Source of the DNA: a virus | Direction: 5' to 3' (one strand) | DNA: 64,000 nt | IMG/VR virus record: IMGVR_UViG_3300025840_000013 | Shown here: positions 14,430 to 23,305 of the stretch, piece after piece | Layout of the letters: each line of letters opens with the position of its first letter | Numbering within the stretch: the first letter of the stretch is position 1 | The notes under the pieces: model-generated | The model's input: the letters and a program-made list of their open reading frames with translations, nothing else | Databases searched by the model: none | Told to the model about the DNA's origin: nothing | Program-made: the position numbers and the translations under genes

Positions 14430-14681
14430 ATGATGAGTAATAAAAATCCATTTGAAATTAGACTAGAAGTTTTAAAAATGGCAAAAGATATGTCTGAACA
14501 AAGTTACCATATGGCAATGGATACATATTGGCAAACTTTGAATGCGACTGCAGAGACATGGAATAAAAGTGTTGAGGAATTGGTTCAACATACACAACAC
14601 TTGAAACCAGAAATGCCTGCCCCTCAAGACATCATGAAAAAGGCTCAAGAGTTGTATACTTTTATTTCAACTAAAGAGTAA
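14430..14681 (+). CDS. phage hypothetical protein
   Basis: AAGGAG SD; NPFEIRLEVLKMAKDM...IMKKAQELYTFIS. Confidence 0.8.
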   Translation: MMSNKNPFEIRLEVLKMAKDMSEQSYHMAMDTYWQTLNATAETWNKSVEELVQHTQHLKPEMPAPQDIMKKAQELYTFISTKE

Positions 14682-14686
14682 AATTG

Positions 14687-14713
14687 ATAGGGGGTGCAAC
14701 GCCCCCTATTTTT
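14687..14713 (+). terminator. Rho-independent terminator
   Basis: GATAGGGGGTG-CAA-CGCCCCCTATT followed by TTT. Confidence 0.8.
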
Positions 14714-14778
14714 AAAAATGCGTGAAACGCAATATTGTAGAGATGGTTAGAGATATATAATGATAGAGGTAATTTATA

Positions 14779-14994
14779 GTGAAAGAACAGATTTATTCAG
14801 TTCACTTACAGGATGAAATGCCTCGAATTGGTTCTGGAAGAAGGACTGTTGTGGTTAAAGTAGGACGAAAATGGGTTTATGTCAGAAATAACACAAATGA
14901 TCCTTTATTGATTAGAAAATGTAAAATTAAACTTAACCAATGGAATACTATTGTGAAAAATAAATTCACGCAAAAACACATTATGGAGAAGTAA
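14779..14994 (+). CDS. hypothetical protein
   Basis: GAGG SD, GTG start; PRIGSGRRTVVVKVGRKWV. Confidence 0.65.
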   Translation: MKEQIYSVHLQDEMPRIGSGRRTVVVKVGRKWVYVRNNTNDPLLIRKCKIKLNQWNTIVKNKFTQKHIMEK

Positions 14995-15001
14995 TAATAT
15001 T

Positions 15002-15271
15002 ATGCCGAGATATGATTTTAAATGTACAGATTGTGATCATGAATTTGAAGTTTGGTGTCGTATTGCTGAAAGAGAAGAACATTTAAATGGCTCTTGTCCA
15101 AGCTGTCAAATCACAGGAAAAATCCAACAATTTCTTACTGGTGCTCCAAATATTGGAGATCCTGTTCGCATGGGCAGACAAAAAGTTCCACAATCATTTA
15201 AGGAGAATGTTTTAGATAGAGTGGCCAAAGTGCCTGGTGCAGTAAAAACAGAGTCTAAATTTAATATGTAA
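15002..15271 (+). CDS. FmdB-family zinc-ribbon protein
   Basis: MPRYDFKCTDCDHEFE...CPSC. Confidence 0.85.
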   Translation: MPRYDFKCTDCDHEFEVWCRIAEREEHLNGSCPSCQITGKIQQFLTGAPNIGDPVRMGRQKVPQSFKENVLDRVAKVPGAVKTESKFNM

Positions 15272-15311
15272 TTTTTCACCGTGGATTCCAACTTTCAAAG
15301 GAGTCTCATTA

Positions 15312-16028
15312 GTGAGTAGAAAAGCTAGAAAGACAAAATCAAACAGTAATAGTAGATTAATAGGGATAGATACACGAACACATCTTAAAAAAATTACACC
15401 AATAACGCCAGCACAAGAAGAAGTGTTTGATGCCTTTTATGAAGACCATTTGTTTCTTCATGGAGTTGCAGGGACAGGAAAGACATACATCTCTTTGTAC
15501 CTTGCACTAGATGAATTAATGAATAAATCTTCTAGTTATAGAGATATACAAATTATCAGAAGTGTTGTTCCGACAAGGGATATGGGGTTTCTGCCCGGCT
15601 CGGAAAAACAAAAACTTCAATCATACGAAACCCCATATAGAACCATAGTAAACGAATTATTTGAATGCGGCAGTGCATACGAAAGTTTACGAAAAACTTC
15701 CCTCATAAATTTTAACTCGACATCTTATATAAGAGGCATGACCTTTTATGATAGTATTATTATTGTAGATGAATGCCAGAACATGAATTTTCATGAACTG
15801 GATTCTGTCATAACTAGAATAGGAGACAACTGTAAAATAATTTTCTGTGGAGACTTTAGACAGTCAGACTTTAAATGGAAAGATGAAAAAGATGGAATAC
15901 TTGACTTTATGAAAATCATAAAAAGTATGGATCGTTTTTCTTTCATTGAGTTTATGCAACAAGATATTGTCAGAAGTCCTTTGGTAAAGTCCTATATAAT
16001 TAATAAATTAGAATTGGGTTTTGCCTAA
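15312..16028 (+). CDS. phoH: PhoH-like ATPase
   Basis: GVAGTGKT Walker A, MGFLPG, RGMTF, IIVDECQN, GDFRQSD, DIVRS. Confidence 0.95.
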   Translation: MSRKARKTKSNSNSRLIGIDTRTHLKKITPITPAQEEVFDAFYEDHLFLHGVAGTGKTYISLYLALDELMNKSSSYRDIQIIRSVVPTRDMGFLPGSEKQKLQSYETPYRTIVNELFECGSAYESLRKTSLINFNSTSYIRGMTFYDSIIIVDECQNMNFHELDSVITRIGDNCKIIFCGDFRQSDFKWKDEKDGILDFMKIIKSMDRFSFIEFMQQDIVRSPLVKSYIINKLELGFA

Positions 16029-16041
16029 AAGGAGGCCTCAA

Positions 16042-16383
16042 ATGGAAAACATAATCGAAGCTAAAGATATTTTTTCTGCTAAAGTAAAATCTAAAAGTAA
16101 CAACTTAGAGGATATAAAGTCATTTATTAATTTAGGTGGTATGGATGAAGATTATGATGTATCTATTGGGACTACAAATGAACTCCTTGATGAATTTGTT
16201 TACATTATGACAGAGGAGTATGGTTTTGACTTAAGTAATAAGGCCCTTGTTGATGATTTGAGTTTTATGGGAATTGTATTGCAGGCCATTATGGACAGAC
16301 ATTATGGAATTGAAAATGCTCTAATACAGAATATTGACGAAGCGATAGAAGAACTTAAAACAAGACAAGAAGAAATATCGTAA
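16042..16383 (+). CDS. acidic hypothetical protein
   Basis: AGGAGG SD before the ATG at 16042 (track 16021). Confidence 0.65.
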   Translation: MENIIEAKDIFSAKVKSKSNNLEDIKSFINLGGMDEDYDVSIGTTNELLDEFVYIMTEEYGFDLSNKALVDDLSFMGIVLQAIMDRHYGIENALIQNIDEAIEELKTRQEEIS

Positions 16384-16390
16384 AAACTGC

Positions 16391-16419
16391 TTGACATGTC
16401 GAAGGATATTTGATATAAT
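16391..16419 (+). promoter_or_regulatory. sigma70 promoter (perfect consensus)
   Basis: cTTGACA-17-TATAAT. Confidence 0.88.
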
Positions 16420-16441
16420 GTAGTCAACTTTGGAGTAATTT

Positions 16442-17110
16442 ATGTTTAATCATGTTCAATTGGATTTGCCTGAATTTTCACTGAGAAGTGAAACCCTTAA
16501 GTCTGGTACTAGATATTACTATGACGAAGATGGCAACAAATATCCTTCGATAACAACTGTCATATCACATTTTTCTAAGAAGTCCATAATGGAGTGGAGA
16601 AACCGTGTAGGCGAAAAAGAAGCTAATAGAATCACTACTCAGGCCGCAAGAAGAGGAACTTCTGTGCATCAGTTGTGTGAAGATTATATAAATAACATAG
16701 AAATAGATTATAGTAAACTCATGCCGAATGATACAGAGATGTTTCTAACATTGAAAGAAACTCTTGATACTAGATTAGATGATGTATATGTTCAAGAGTG
16801 GCCAATGTATTCTGGACATCTAGGAATTGCGGGAAAATGTGATTGTATTGCATATTTTGATGGTAAACTTTCTATTATTGATTTTAAAACATCAAGAAAG
16901 TCAATGCATCCAAATAAACTGGAGAACTACTTCAGACAAGCATCTGGTTATGCTGTTATGTTTGAAGAGAGGACAAAAATTCCTATAAATAATCTAGTAA
17001 TCATTGCGGCCATTGATGACCAAAAAGATGCGGAAGTTTATACTTCTAAACGTGATAGTCATATCAATGGATTGATAGAAATGATAACAGAATATAAAGC
17101 ACAATTGTAG
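16442..17110 (+). CDS. PD-(D/E)xK exonuclease
   Basis: YPSITTV, RGTSVH, AGKCDCI, IIDFKTS, Q-x3-YA; typical neighbour of phoH in T4-like phages. Confidence 0.9.
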   Translation: MFNHVQLDLPEFSLRSETLKSGTRYYYDEDGNKYPSITTVISHFSKKSIMEWRNRVGEKEANRITTQAARRGTSVHQLCEDYINNIEIDYSKLMPNDTEMFLTLKETLDTRLDDVYVQEWPMYSGHLGIAGKCDCIAYFDGKLSIIDFKTSRKSMHPNKLENYFRQASGYAVMFEERTKIPINNLVIIAAIDDQKDAEVYTSKRDSHINGLIEMITEYKAQL

Positions 17111-17122
17111 GAAATAAAAAAC

Positions 17123-17914
17123 ATGGTTCAATATCTAAAAAGTAGTGCAAGAAGATATGTAGGAGTCCCAGACTATTTGGGAGTGATGTATGATTACAAC
17201 ACAAGAACAAGGGCGGGACATTTGTTTGTCGGCGGTTTTAAAAGAAAGCCTGGCATTCGATCTAGTGATATTGTACTATTTGATGGAAACATTCTTTTGC
17301 CTGCTACTAACAATTACAGAGAAAAAATCTTTCGAGTAAACCCCGCTACTACTATCAAATTTGAATATGAAAAAACAAATACTTTAGATCGAGTTCAATG
17401 TGGTATCATTCCACTTGATGAACCAGAGATTGGTGAAAGTATTAGTAACGCAAACAATTCTACCCACATTTATCAAAACAATACAGCACAAGAACAATCT
17501 ATAAAAATATATTCTAATTATAAAGCATCAGTAGATTCTAAGTTGAGATTCAGAATTACAGAAGTAATCTCTGATAATACTCCTGTTCGTAGTACGGAAC
17601 TTTATACTAAAGGAGATTTATGTCCAGGCGCTCCACTTGGATGGCAAAGAATTTTAAGATGGGATATAGATAAGATTCCAACCGTAGGATTTTCTTTGTC
17701 TGTGGGTAAGGAACTTGGCGAGAATGAGTTTATTTTCAGAGACTTTATAAATTCACAAAACAGTTATTTTAAAGTTCTGCCCAATTATTTTTCAAAGCAG
17801 GGGTCTAAGGTAGACTGCAGGGCGGATATTACTTTCGAAACGGAAGATGTAAGTGCTATGAATTTAGACCCAGTGGCACAAGTTGAAATCACAAGTATTA
17901 TAGGGAGAATGTAA
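17123..17914 (+). CDS. hypothetical protein
   Basis: 263-aa ORF with AGGA SD; no recognised motif. Confidence 0.7.
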   Translation: MVQYLKSSARRYVGVPDYLGVMYDYNTRTRAGHLFVGGFKRKPGIRSSDIVLFDGNILLPATNNYREKIFRVNPATTIKFEYEKTNTLDRVQCGIIPLDEPEIGESISNANNSTHIYQNNTAQEQSIKIYSNYKASVDSKLRFRITEVISDNTPVRSTELYTKGDLCPGAPLGWQRILRWDIDKIPTVGFSLSVGKELGENEFIFRDFINSQNSYFKVLPNYFSKQGSKVDCRADITFETEDVSAMNLDPVAQVEITSIIGRM

Positions 17915-17915
17915 T

Positions 17916-18077
17916 ATGGTAAATTGGATCAAAGCTAGATTAACAGAAAGAACATCATGGGATGGTGGCGCACTTATTGCGATGGGTGTTGTTGCACTAC
18001 TCTTTGATGGTTTAATTACATGGGCTGCATATGCAGCGATTGTTTATGGTCTTTGGACTATCTGGAAATCAGAATAA
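17916..18077 (+). CDS. small two-TM membrane protein (53 aa, not in ORF track)
   Basis: MVNWIKARLTERTSWDGGALIAMGVVALLFDGLITWAAYAAIVYGLWTIWKSE. Confidence 0.75.
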   Translation: MVNWIKARLTERTSWDGGALIAMGVVALLFDGLITWAAYAAIVYGLWTIWKSE

Positions 18078-18081
18078 ACTA

Positions 18082-18124
18082 TTGACAAAACGTGTGTTAT
18101 AGCGTATTATACGCTGTAACACAT
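18082..18124 (+). promoter_or_regulatory. sigma70 promoter with a 15-bp inverted repeat centred on the -10 box
   Basis: TTGACA-17-TATTAT; GTGTGTTATAGCGTA-TTA-TACGCTGTAACACAT. Confidence 0.7.
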
Positions 18125-18145
18125 ATCTAAGGAGAATTTATTATA

Positions 18146-18370
18146 ATGTTGAAACTTAAGAGTTCAAAAGAATTTAGTGATGAGATAGAAAAACAAGTTT
18201 CTAAATTAAACAGTACATATATTGATACAATCACATACTATTGCGAGAAGAATAATTTAGAAATAGAAAATGTAGTTTCTCTTTTGAGTCCTTTCATAAA
18301 AGAAAAAATCAAGTACGAGGCTGAAGGACTGAACATGGTTCAGAAGTCTACGGAAAAATTGCCTCTATGA
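18146..18370 (+). CDS. gp33: late transcription co-activator gp33
   Basis: FSDEIE...YIDTITYYCEKNNLEIE...LSPFIKEKIKYEA; synteny with gp59 and gp32. Confidence 0.9.
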   Translation: MLKLKSSKEFSDEIEKQVSKLNSTYIDTITYYCEKNNLEIENVVSLLSPFIKEKIKYEAEGLNMVQKSTEKLPL

Positions 18371-19062
18371 TTACTATGTCTGGTAAGAAGATAGATGACT
18401 TTGAGGCGTTTAAAATTTACCTTGCAATGAAAAGTCATTTTAATAGTGAGTATGATTTTATAAAGTATAAAGGAAAAGTTTCTCCGAAGAAAGAGACATA
18501 TTATGGTAGGAGAGATAGAAGAACTTTTGAAGAACTTTCAAGAAGGTTTGATAAAAAAAGTTTAGAAGAGTTTCTGCTCGCATTATTCTTGAATGTGACA
18601 GAAAATGGTAATCTTGCAATTTCTCGTAATGAGTTTATGTGGACAGGAAATCTTTTAGATAAAGAATCTTACGATACATATAAAAATTGGAAGAAAAGAA
18701 TTCAAAGTATAAAGTATACTTTTACTAATGATTGTCATGTATTGTTTACAAGGGCGTCTGAGGAAAATATAGAGTTTAATTCCATATTTAAATCTATTGA
18801 CAATGACTACCCATTTATTGTATTCTTAGAAAAACGTGGAGAACTTTCATTAGAAACGTTAATTATCTTTGAAAAGATTTTTGCTTTCATAGATAAGGTC
18901 AAAATAAACGATACAACTTATTGGCCTATATACACTAAGAAAGTAAAAGACTATATGTCTTTCTTAGACATAGATGTTAATTATTATGTTAATGTTCTTA
19001 GGGACATATTGATTGATGATTATTATGAAGATTATGGTCAATTAATTAAAAAAACTAGTTGA
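18367..19062 (+). CDS. gp59: helicase loader gp59
   Basis: YLAMKSHFNSEYDFIKYKGK...SLETLII. Confidence 0.9.
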   Translation: MITMSGKKIDDFEAFKIYLAMKSHFNSEYDFIKYKGKVSPKKETYYGRRDRRTFEELSRRFDKKSLEEFLLALFLNVTENGNLAISRNEFMWTGNLLDKESYDTYKNWKKRIQSIKYTFTNDCHVLFTRASEENIEFNSIFKSIDNDYPFIVFLEKRGELSLETLIIFEKIFAFIDKVKINDTTYWPIYTKKVKDYMSFLDIDVNYYVNVLRDILIDDYYEDYGQLIKKTS

Positions 19063-19087
19063 CAACCTTTGGATAATATAGTATATT
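19059..19087 (+). promoter_or_regulatory. sigma70 promoter for gp32
   Basis: TTGACA-17-TATATT. Confidence 0.75.
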
Positions 19088-19130
19088 AGTAAAAATACAA
19101 AACGCATATAACGTATAAAGGAGAAAAATT

Positions 19131-20039
19131 ATGTCTTTTGCAAACCTTAAAAAAGGTCGCTCTAACTTTGCTCGCCTTGCGGAAGAGTTGGAAAAAACCC
19201 AATCCCCACAACAAACCACATCAAATATCGATGATCGATTTTGGAAACCAACTATTGGTAAGGATGGTAACAGTTATGCTGTAATTCGTTTCCTTCCCCC
19301 TGCAGATGGTGAAGATATTCCTTGGGTTCGTGTGTTTAATCATGGTTTTAAAGGCCCAGGCGGTTGGTTGATTGATAACTGTCTTACTACAATCAACAAA
19401 CAGTGTCCTGTTTGTGAGTCTAATACTGAACTATGGAATACTGGTTCACAAGACAATCAAAACCTTGCCCGTGATCGTAAACGTAAACTTAAGTTCCTTT
19501 CGAACATTTATGTTGTAAAAGATCCTGCAAACCCAGATAATGAAGGAAAAGTTTTTCTTTACTCATACGGTAAGAAAATCTTTGACAAGTTGAACGAGGC
19601 AATGAATCCTCATTTCGAAGATGAAGCTCGTTACAACCCATTTGATTTTTGGGATGGTGCAAACTTCAAACTGAAGTATCGTACTGTTGACGGTTATGGT
19701 AACTATGACAAGTCTGAATTCGATTCACAGGCAGCGCTTGCAGATGATGATTCGGAATTGGAAACAATCTATAACCAACTATATTCATTGCAAGAGTTTG
19801 TAAGTGAAGAGAAGTTCAAGTCTTATGAACAACTCAAGGAACGCCTTGATCGTGTTCTTGGACTTCAACAGTCTGCAGTTTCAGTAGAAACAGATTTTGT
19901 TTCTGATGATTCTTCATACTACGCTGAACCTACTCAGACTAAATCTGCGCCTGCGCCAGAACCAAAGTCTGTGTCTTATAATGAAGATGAGGAAGATGAT
20001 TCAATCTCTTACTTTGAACGTCTTGCGGATGAAAGTTAG
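19131..20039 (+). CDS. gp32: single-stranded DNA-binding protein gp32
   Basis: DDRFWKP, AVIRFLP, CPVCE zinc site, GANFKLK, acidic C-terminal tail. Confidence 0.97.
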   Translation: MSFANLKKGRSNFARLAEELEKTQSPQQTTSNIDDRFWKPTIGKDGNSYAVIRFLPPADGEDIPWVRVFNHGFKGPGGWLIDNCLTTINKQCPVCESNTELWNTGSQDNQNLARDRKRKLKFLSNIYVVKDPANPDNEGKVFLYSYGKKIFDKLNEAMNPHFEDEARYNPFDFWDGANFKLKYRTVDGYGNYDKSEFDSQAALADDDSELETIYNQLYSLQEFVSEEKFKSYEQLKERLDRVLGLQQSAVSVETDFVSDDSSYYAEPTQTKSAPAPEPKSVSYNEDEEDDSISYFERLADES

Positions 20040-20040
20040 A

Positions 20041-20155
20041 CAGTTGGTGGCACTGAAGTGTTAGTGTAAGACACGACACAGAGTCCATACAGGTAATAGA
20101 AGGTATACAACACACTCGACCGCCATCTATTATCGCATATAAAGAACTGAGTGTG
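20041..20155 (+). ncRNA. candidate pseudoknotted RNA 3' of gp32
   Basis: TGGTGG/CCGCCA, GTGTT/GACAC, GGTAATAGA/TCTATTATC, CACACTC/GAGTGTG. Confidence 0.45.
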
Positions 20156-20158
20156 GGG

Positions 20159-20190
20159 AAAGGGCAGGGAGAAATCCTTGCCCTTTTTTT
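20159..20190 (+). terminator. Rho-independent terminator
   Basis: AGGGCAGGGA-GAAA-TCCTTGCCCT followed by a T-run. Confidence 0.88.
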
Positions 20191-20198
20191 GTCTTAGG

Positions 20199-20215
20199 TA
20201 TGTTCACATTGCATA
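20199..20215. promoter_or_regulatory. LysR-type T-N11-A inverted repeat
   Basis: TATG-TTCACATTG-CATA upstream of the DUF1127 operon. Confidence 0.45.
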
Positions 20216-20316
20216 TCGAAATTGCGAAAATTATATGACAATTTTCTGCACTTGCGAAATAAATATTAATGTCAGAATCACTGACATTTCACACATATCA
20301 TACACAGGAGAATAAA

Positions 20317-20418
20317 ATGAGTGTCGAAGAAATTATTAAGAGTTTGAGTGTTCTTACAGTATCACTTACTATTGTGGCTGCAGTTATGTTTATGTCTATC
20401 TTTCCGTATGTTAATTAA
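20317..20418 (+). CDS. small single-TM protein (33 aa, not in ORF track)
   Basis: AGGAG SD; MSVEEIIKSLSVLTVSLTIVAAVMFMSIFPYVN. Confidence 0.6.
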   Translation: MSVEEIIKSLSVLTVSLTIVAAVMFMSIFPYVN

Positions 20419-20429
20419 CGGAGAATTAG

Positions 20430-20645
20430 ATGACACAATTAGTATTAACAGCATCAGAATGGTTAAACATTACCCCATTTGTAGATTTTATTCGTGATTT
20501 ACAAAAAAGAATGAAATTGAGAAAACTTCAAAAAGAAACTATAAAAGAATTAAGTTCACTATCCGATAAAGATTTAAGTGATATTGGTATTGCAAGATCA
20601 CAGATAAAATCTATTGCAATGGAATTGGATTTAAAAGATGTTTAA
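20430..20645 (+). CDS. DUF1127 (YjiS-like) small protein
   Basis: ETIKELSSLSDKDLSDIGIARSQI matches the L-x2-LSD-x2-L-x-DIG-x2-R-x2-I signature. Confidence 0.88.
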   Translation: MTQLVLTASEWLNITPFVDFIRDLQKRMKLRKLQKETIKELSSLSDKDLSDIGIARSQIKSIAMELDLKDV

Positions 20646-20751
20646 AAGAATTTTAGAAACTTTTGAACGTATTGGAAGAGCAAGAGCCGCACACGTTCTT
20701 GTACAGCAGGGTTTATACGAAGAAGCAAAAAGAGTTATGTGTAGGGACTGA
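20638..20751 (+). CDS. small protein (37 aa, not in ORF track)
   Basis: MFKRILETFERIGRARAAHVLVQQGLYEEAKRVMCRD; overlaps the DUF1127 stop. Confidence 0.6.
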   Translation: MFKRILETFERIGRARAAHVLVQQGLYEEAKRVMCRD

Positions 20752-20758
20752 AAGGTTC

Positions 20759-23302
20759 CTACCATGCACCTACTAGTGATAATCTAGCATCTCTTACAGC
20801 ACCATCAGTATGTCTTACTTCTGGTTTTTGTTTAGGCATAATTGTCGAATTATTAGTTACATTATTCACAGTGTTTTGTTGTGGTGCATTAATAATATTT
20901 GCGGCCTGTTTCGCATCTGCTGTAGATTTATCCATAGCAGCATTGTCCATCATATTAGACGCTTCTAATTTTTTGTTAGGAACATCACTTGAGAATGATT
21001 GTTGTGCAGAAACACCAGAATCAAAATCCATCATTTCTTGTGCAGATGGATTCGCAAATGCATTTTCTTCTTTTGGAGTGATATTCAATTTGTCCAATTC
21101 AGCTTGTAGTTTTTCTATTTCTGCTGTATCTTCTTCTCTACCTTTAGAATCTCTACCCCAATAAACATTTTCACCACCTTCACTTCTGGTAATTCTGTCT
21201 TTTGCCTCTGCAATTTTTGACTGAAGTTCTGCTTTTTGATCTTCTGGAGAAATCTCTGGTGCGATTGCACCTTCTTCACCATCAAATGCACCCATATCCT
21301 TCGCCATGAGTCCAGCATCAATCGCTGTTGACGCAGCAGTACCAAGGCCTGGTATTATACTAGTAAGTCCAGAAAGTACCTCTAGGCCTGCACCAGAGAA
21401 GTCTCCACCAAATGCTCTTTGAGCACCAAATCCCAATCCTGCAATTAAACCAACGCCAGGGATTTTTTTCAATAAAGATTTCCCAAGTCCCTTACCAGCT
21501 GTTGCGGCGCCCTTTGTGGCGACACTGGCGGCGCCCTTTCCAGTTACTTTAGATGCAAGTCCACTTATTTTCGCACCAACTCCTTTTGCTGGTGCTGTTA
21601 TTTTATCCATTACTGATGGCATTTTTGGGGGTACTGAAATACTTGGCGTTTTTGGAAGTTTGTCGGGTATTGCACTACCAACACCTTTTATTCTATCAGG
21701 CATCGAAGTCATTGTATTTTTTACATTACTCGCAACATTACTTGCAGCGCTTGCTGTTTTCACCGCTCCAGTTGCAGCAAGTCCTGCTACTGCCCCGCCG
21801 CCAAGTTTCAGTGCATTTAATCCAATGTTTTTAATTCCCCCCAATGCACCTCTTGCGACATTCAGTCCACCACCGACTAGACTTCTTGCTCTTCCTGTAA
21901 TTCCAGATCCTGCATTCCTTATTAGATTGCCAAGTCTACCAAATCTACCACCGCTTGCTCTATTTGCTACTGAACCAACTCTTCCTAGACCACCTCTTAC
22001 TGCTCCACCAGCTCTTGAGAATGCACCTCTAATACCGCCTCTTCCTCTAACGTTACCTCGACCTCTTCTACCTCTTCGTCCATCTCCAACGCCGTCTAAT
22101 AGGCCGCCTCCGATTCCACCTAACAATCCGTCTAAAAATCCACCCCCATCACCAGAGATTTCATCTAAGTTTCCAGTGTTTTCTGCAATCTGTTCGAGAA
22201 GTTTAATTTGTTTTTTCTCTAATTCTTGTTCTATTTTTCTTTCTCTATTAGCTTCTCTTTGATTTTCTAAATCTAATGGAGATGGATTGTCAGAAGTATC
22301 CTGCAAGAATTTTAGAAGATTTACTACTTCTTCTAGATATGGACTGTTTTCGCCAAGTTGCTCTTTTACTTCATCCAACTTAGTTGCTGTGATTTGAGAA
22401 ACTTCACTTGGAGTAGATGTTTCATCGGTAGATAAACTTTGAGTATTTTCGGACGGAGATGGTACTGTAATATTTTCTCTATCGTCTGATACTGAGGTTT
22501 CTGGTTGTGGAACAGATACTGGAGATTCTGACATATCAAGTCCATAACTTTTTCTAATGGACTCAATTTCATCTTCTCTTGCCTTGTTTGCGTCTTCTGC
22601 TTCTTTTGCTGTTTTTGCCTGACGAATGATAGCATTTTTCTGTTCGTCAATAACTTCTTGTTCAGTAATACCTCTTGCAAGTGCTTGTGCTGCTACTTCT
22701 TCCGATGTTATATTTGCTCTTGAGATTGCTTCTTCATTTGATATTTGTGTTCTTAAAACAGAAAATTCTTCTTCTTCAATTTTTTTCTGTTCTACAATTC
22801 TTCTTTGTCTCTCTTCTTCCTCTGCCTTATTTGCCTTACTTGTTTCTCTGAATTGTTTAATTCTGTCACCAACAAATGATGCACCAAATGCTAATAGTGG
22901 ACTACCACTCAATGCACCTGTAATAACTCCACCAATTCCACTAATTGAACTTTCTACTGTCTTTGTTGCAAGATCACCAATAGATTTTTTAAATGTAGTG
23001 TTTTGTTTTATACTTTCTTGAGATGCTCTTAATATCTCTTGAAGTGCTTTCTTTTCTTGGTCAGTAACACCCTCTAGTTGTGCCAAATCGGCATCAAGAA
23101 GGTCTATCTTCTTTTTGGTTTCTTTAAATTCTTTTACAGATATACCTTCTTGTTGTCCAAGAATATCAGCAACTTCTGCAAGGGCCTGTCTAGCTGCGGC
23201 TGACTGCAACTGGTCGGTTGCAGTGCTAAATGAAGCAGACAATTCCTCTTGGTTTTGTCTGATAAGTTTTTCTGTTACCGCTTTTAGATCAGGACTTGCC
23301 AT
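20759..23302 (-). CDS. tape-measure/baseplate-hub gp29-like protein
   Basis: Long helical protein with LLKKIPGVGLIAGLGF segment and NNVTNNST tail; position downstream of gp26/gp51. Confidence 0.65.
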   Translation of the reverse strand: MASPDLKAVTEKLIRQNQEELSASFSTATDQLQSAAARQALAEVADILGQQEGISVKEFKETKKKIDLLDADLAQLEGVTDQEKKALQEILRASQESIKQNTTFKKSIGDLATKTVESSISGIGGVITGALSGSPLLAFGASFVGDRIKQFRETSKANKAEEEERQRRIVEQKKIEEEEFSVLRTQISNEEAISRANITSEEVAAQALARGITEQEVIDEQKNAIIRQAKTAKEAEDANKAREDEIESIRKSYGLDMSESPVSVPQPETSVSDDRENITVPSPSENTQSLSTDETSTPSEVSQITATKLDEVKEQLGENSPYLEEVVNLLKFLQDTSDNPSPLDLENQREANRERKIEQELEKKQIKLLEQIAENTGNLDEISGDGGGFLDGLLGGIGGGLLDGVGDGRRGRRGRGNVRGRGGIRGAFSRAGGAVRGGLGRVGSVANRASGGRFGRLGNLIRNAGSGITGRARSLVGGGLNVARGALGGIKNIGLNALKLGGGAVAGLAATGAVKTASAASNVASNVKNTMTSMPDRIKGVGSAIPDKLPKTPSISVPPKMPSVMDKITAPAKGVGAKISGLASKVTGKGAASVATKGAATAGKGLGKSLLKKIPGVGLIAGLGFGAQRAFGGDFSGAGLEVLSGLTSIIPGLGTAASTAIDAGLMAKDMGAFDGEEGAIAPEISPEDQKAELQSKIAEAKDRITRSEGGENVYWGRDSKGREEDTAEIEKLQAELDKLNITPKEENAFANPSAQEMMDFDSGVSAQQSFSSDVPNKKLEASNMMDNAAMDKSTADAKQAANIINAPQQNTVNNVTNNSTIMPKQKPEVRHTDGAVRDARLSLVGAW

Positions 23303-23305
23303 TTA

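Noticed and set aside
16442-17110. Cas4/CRISPR system
   Set aside because: The nuclease lacks a four-Cys Fe-S pattern, and I saw no repeat-spacer array or cas genes in the window.
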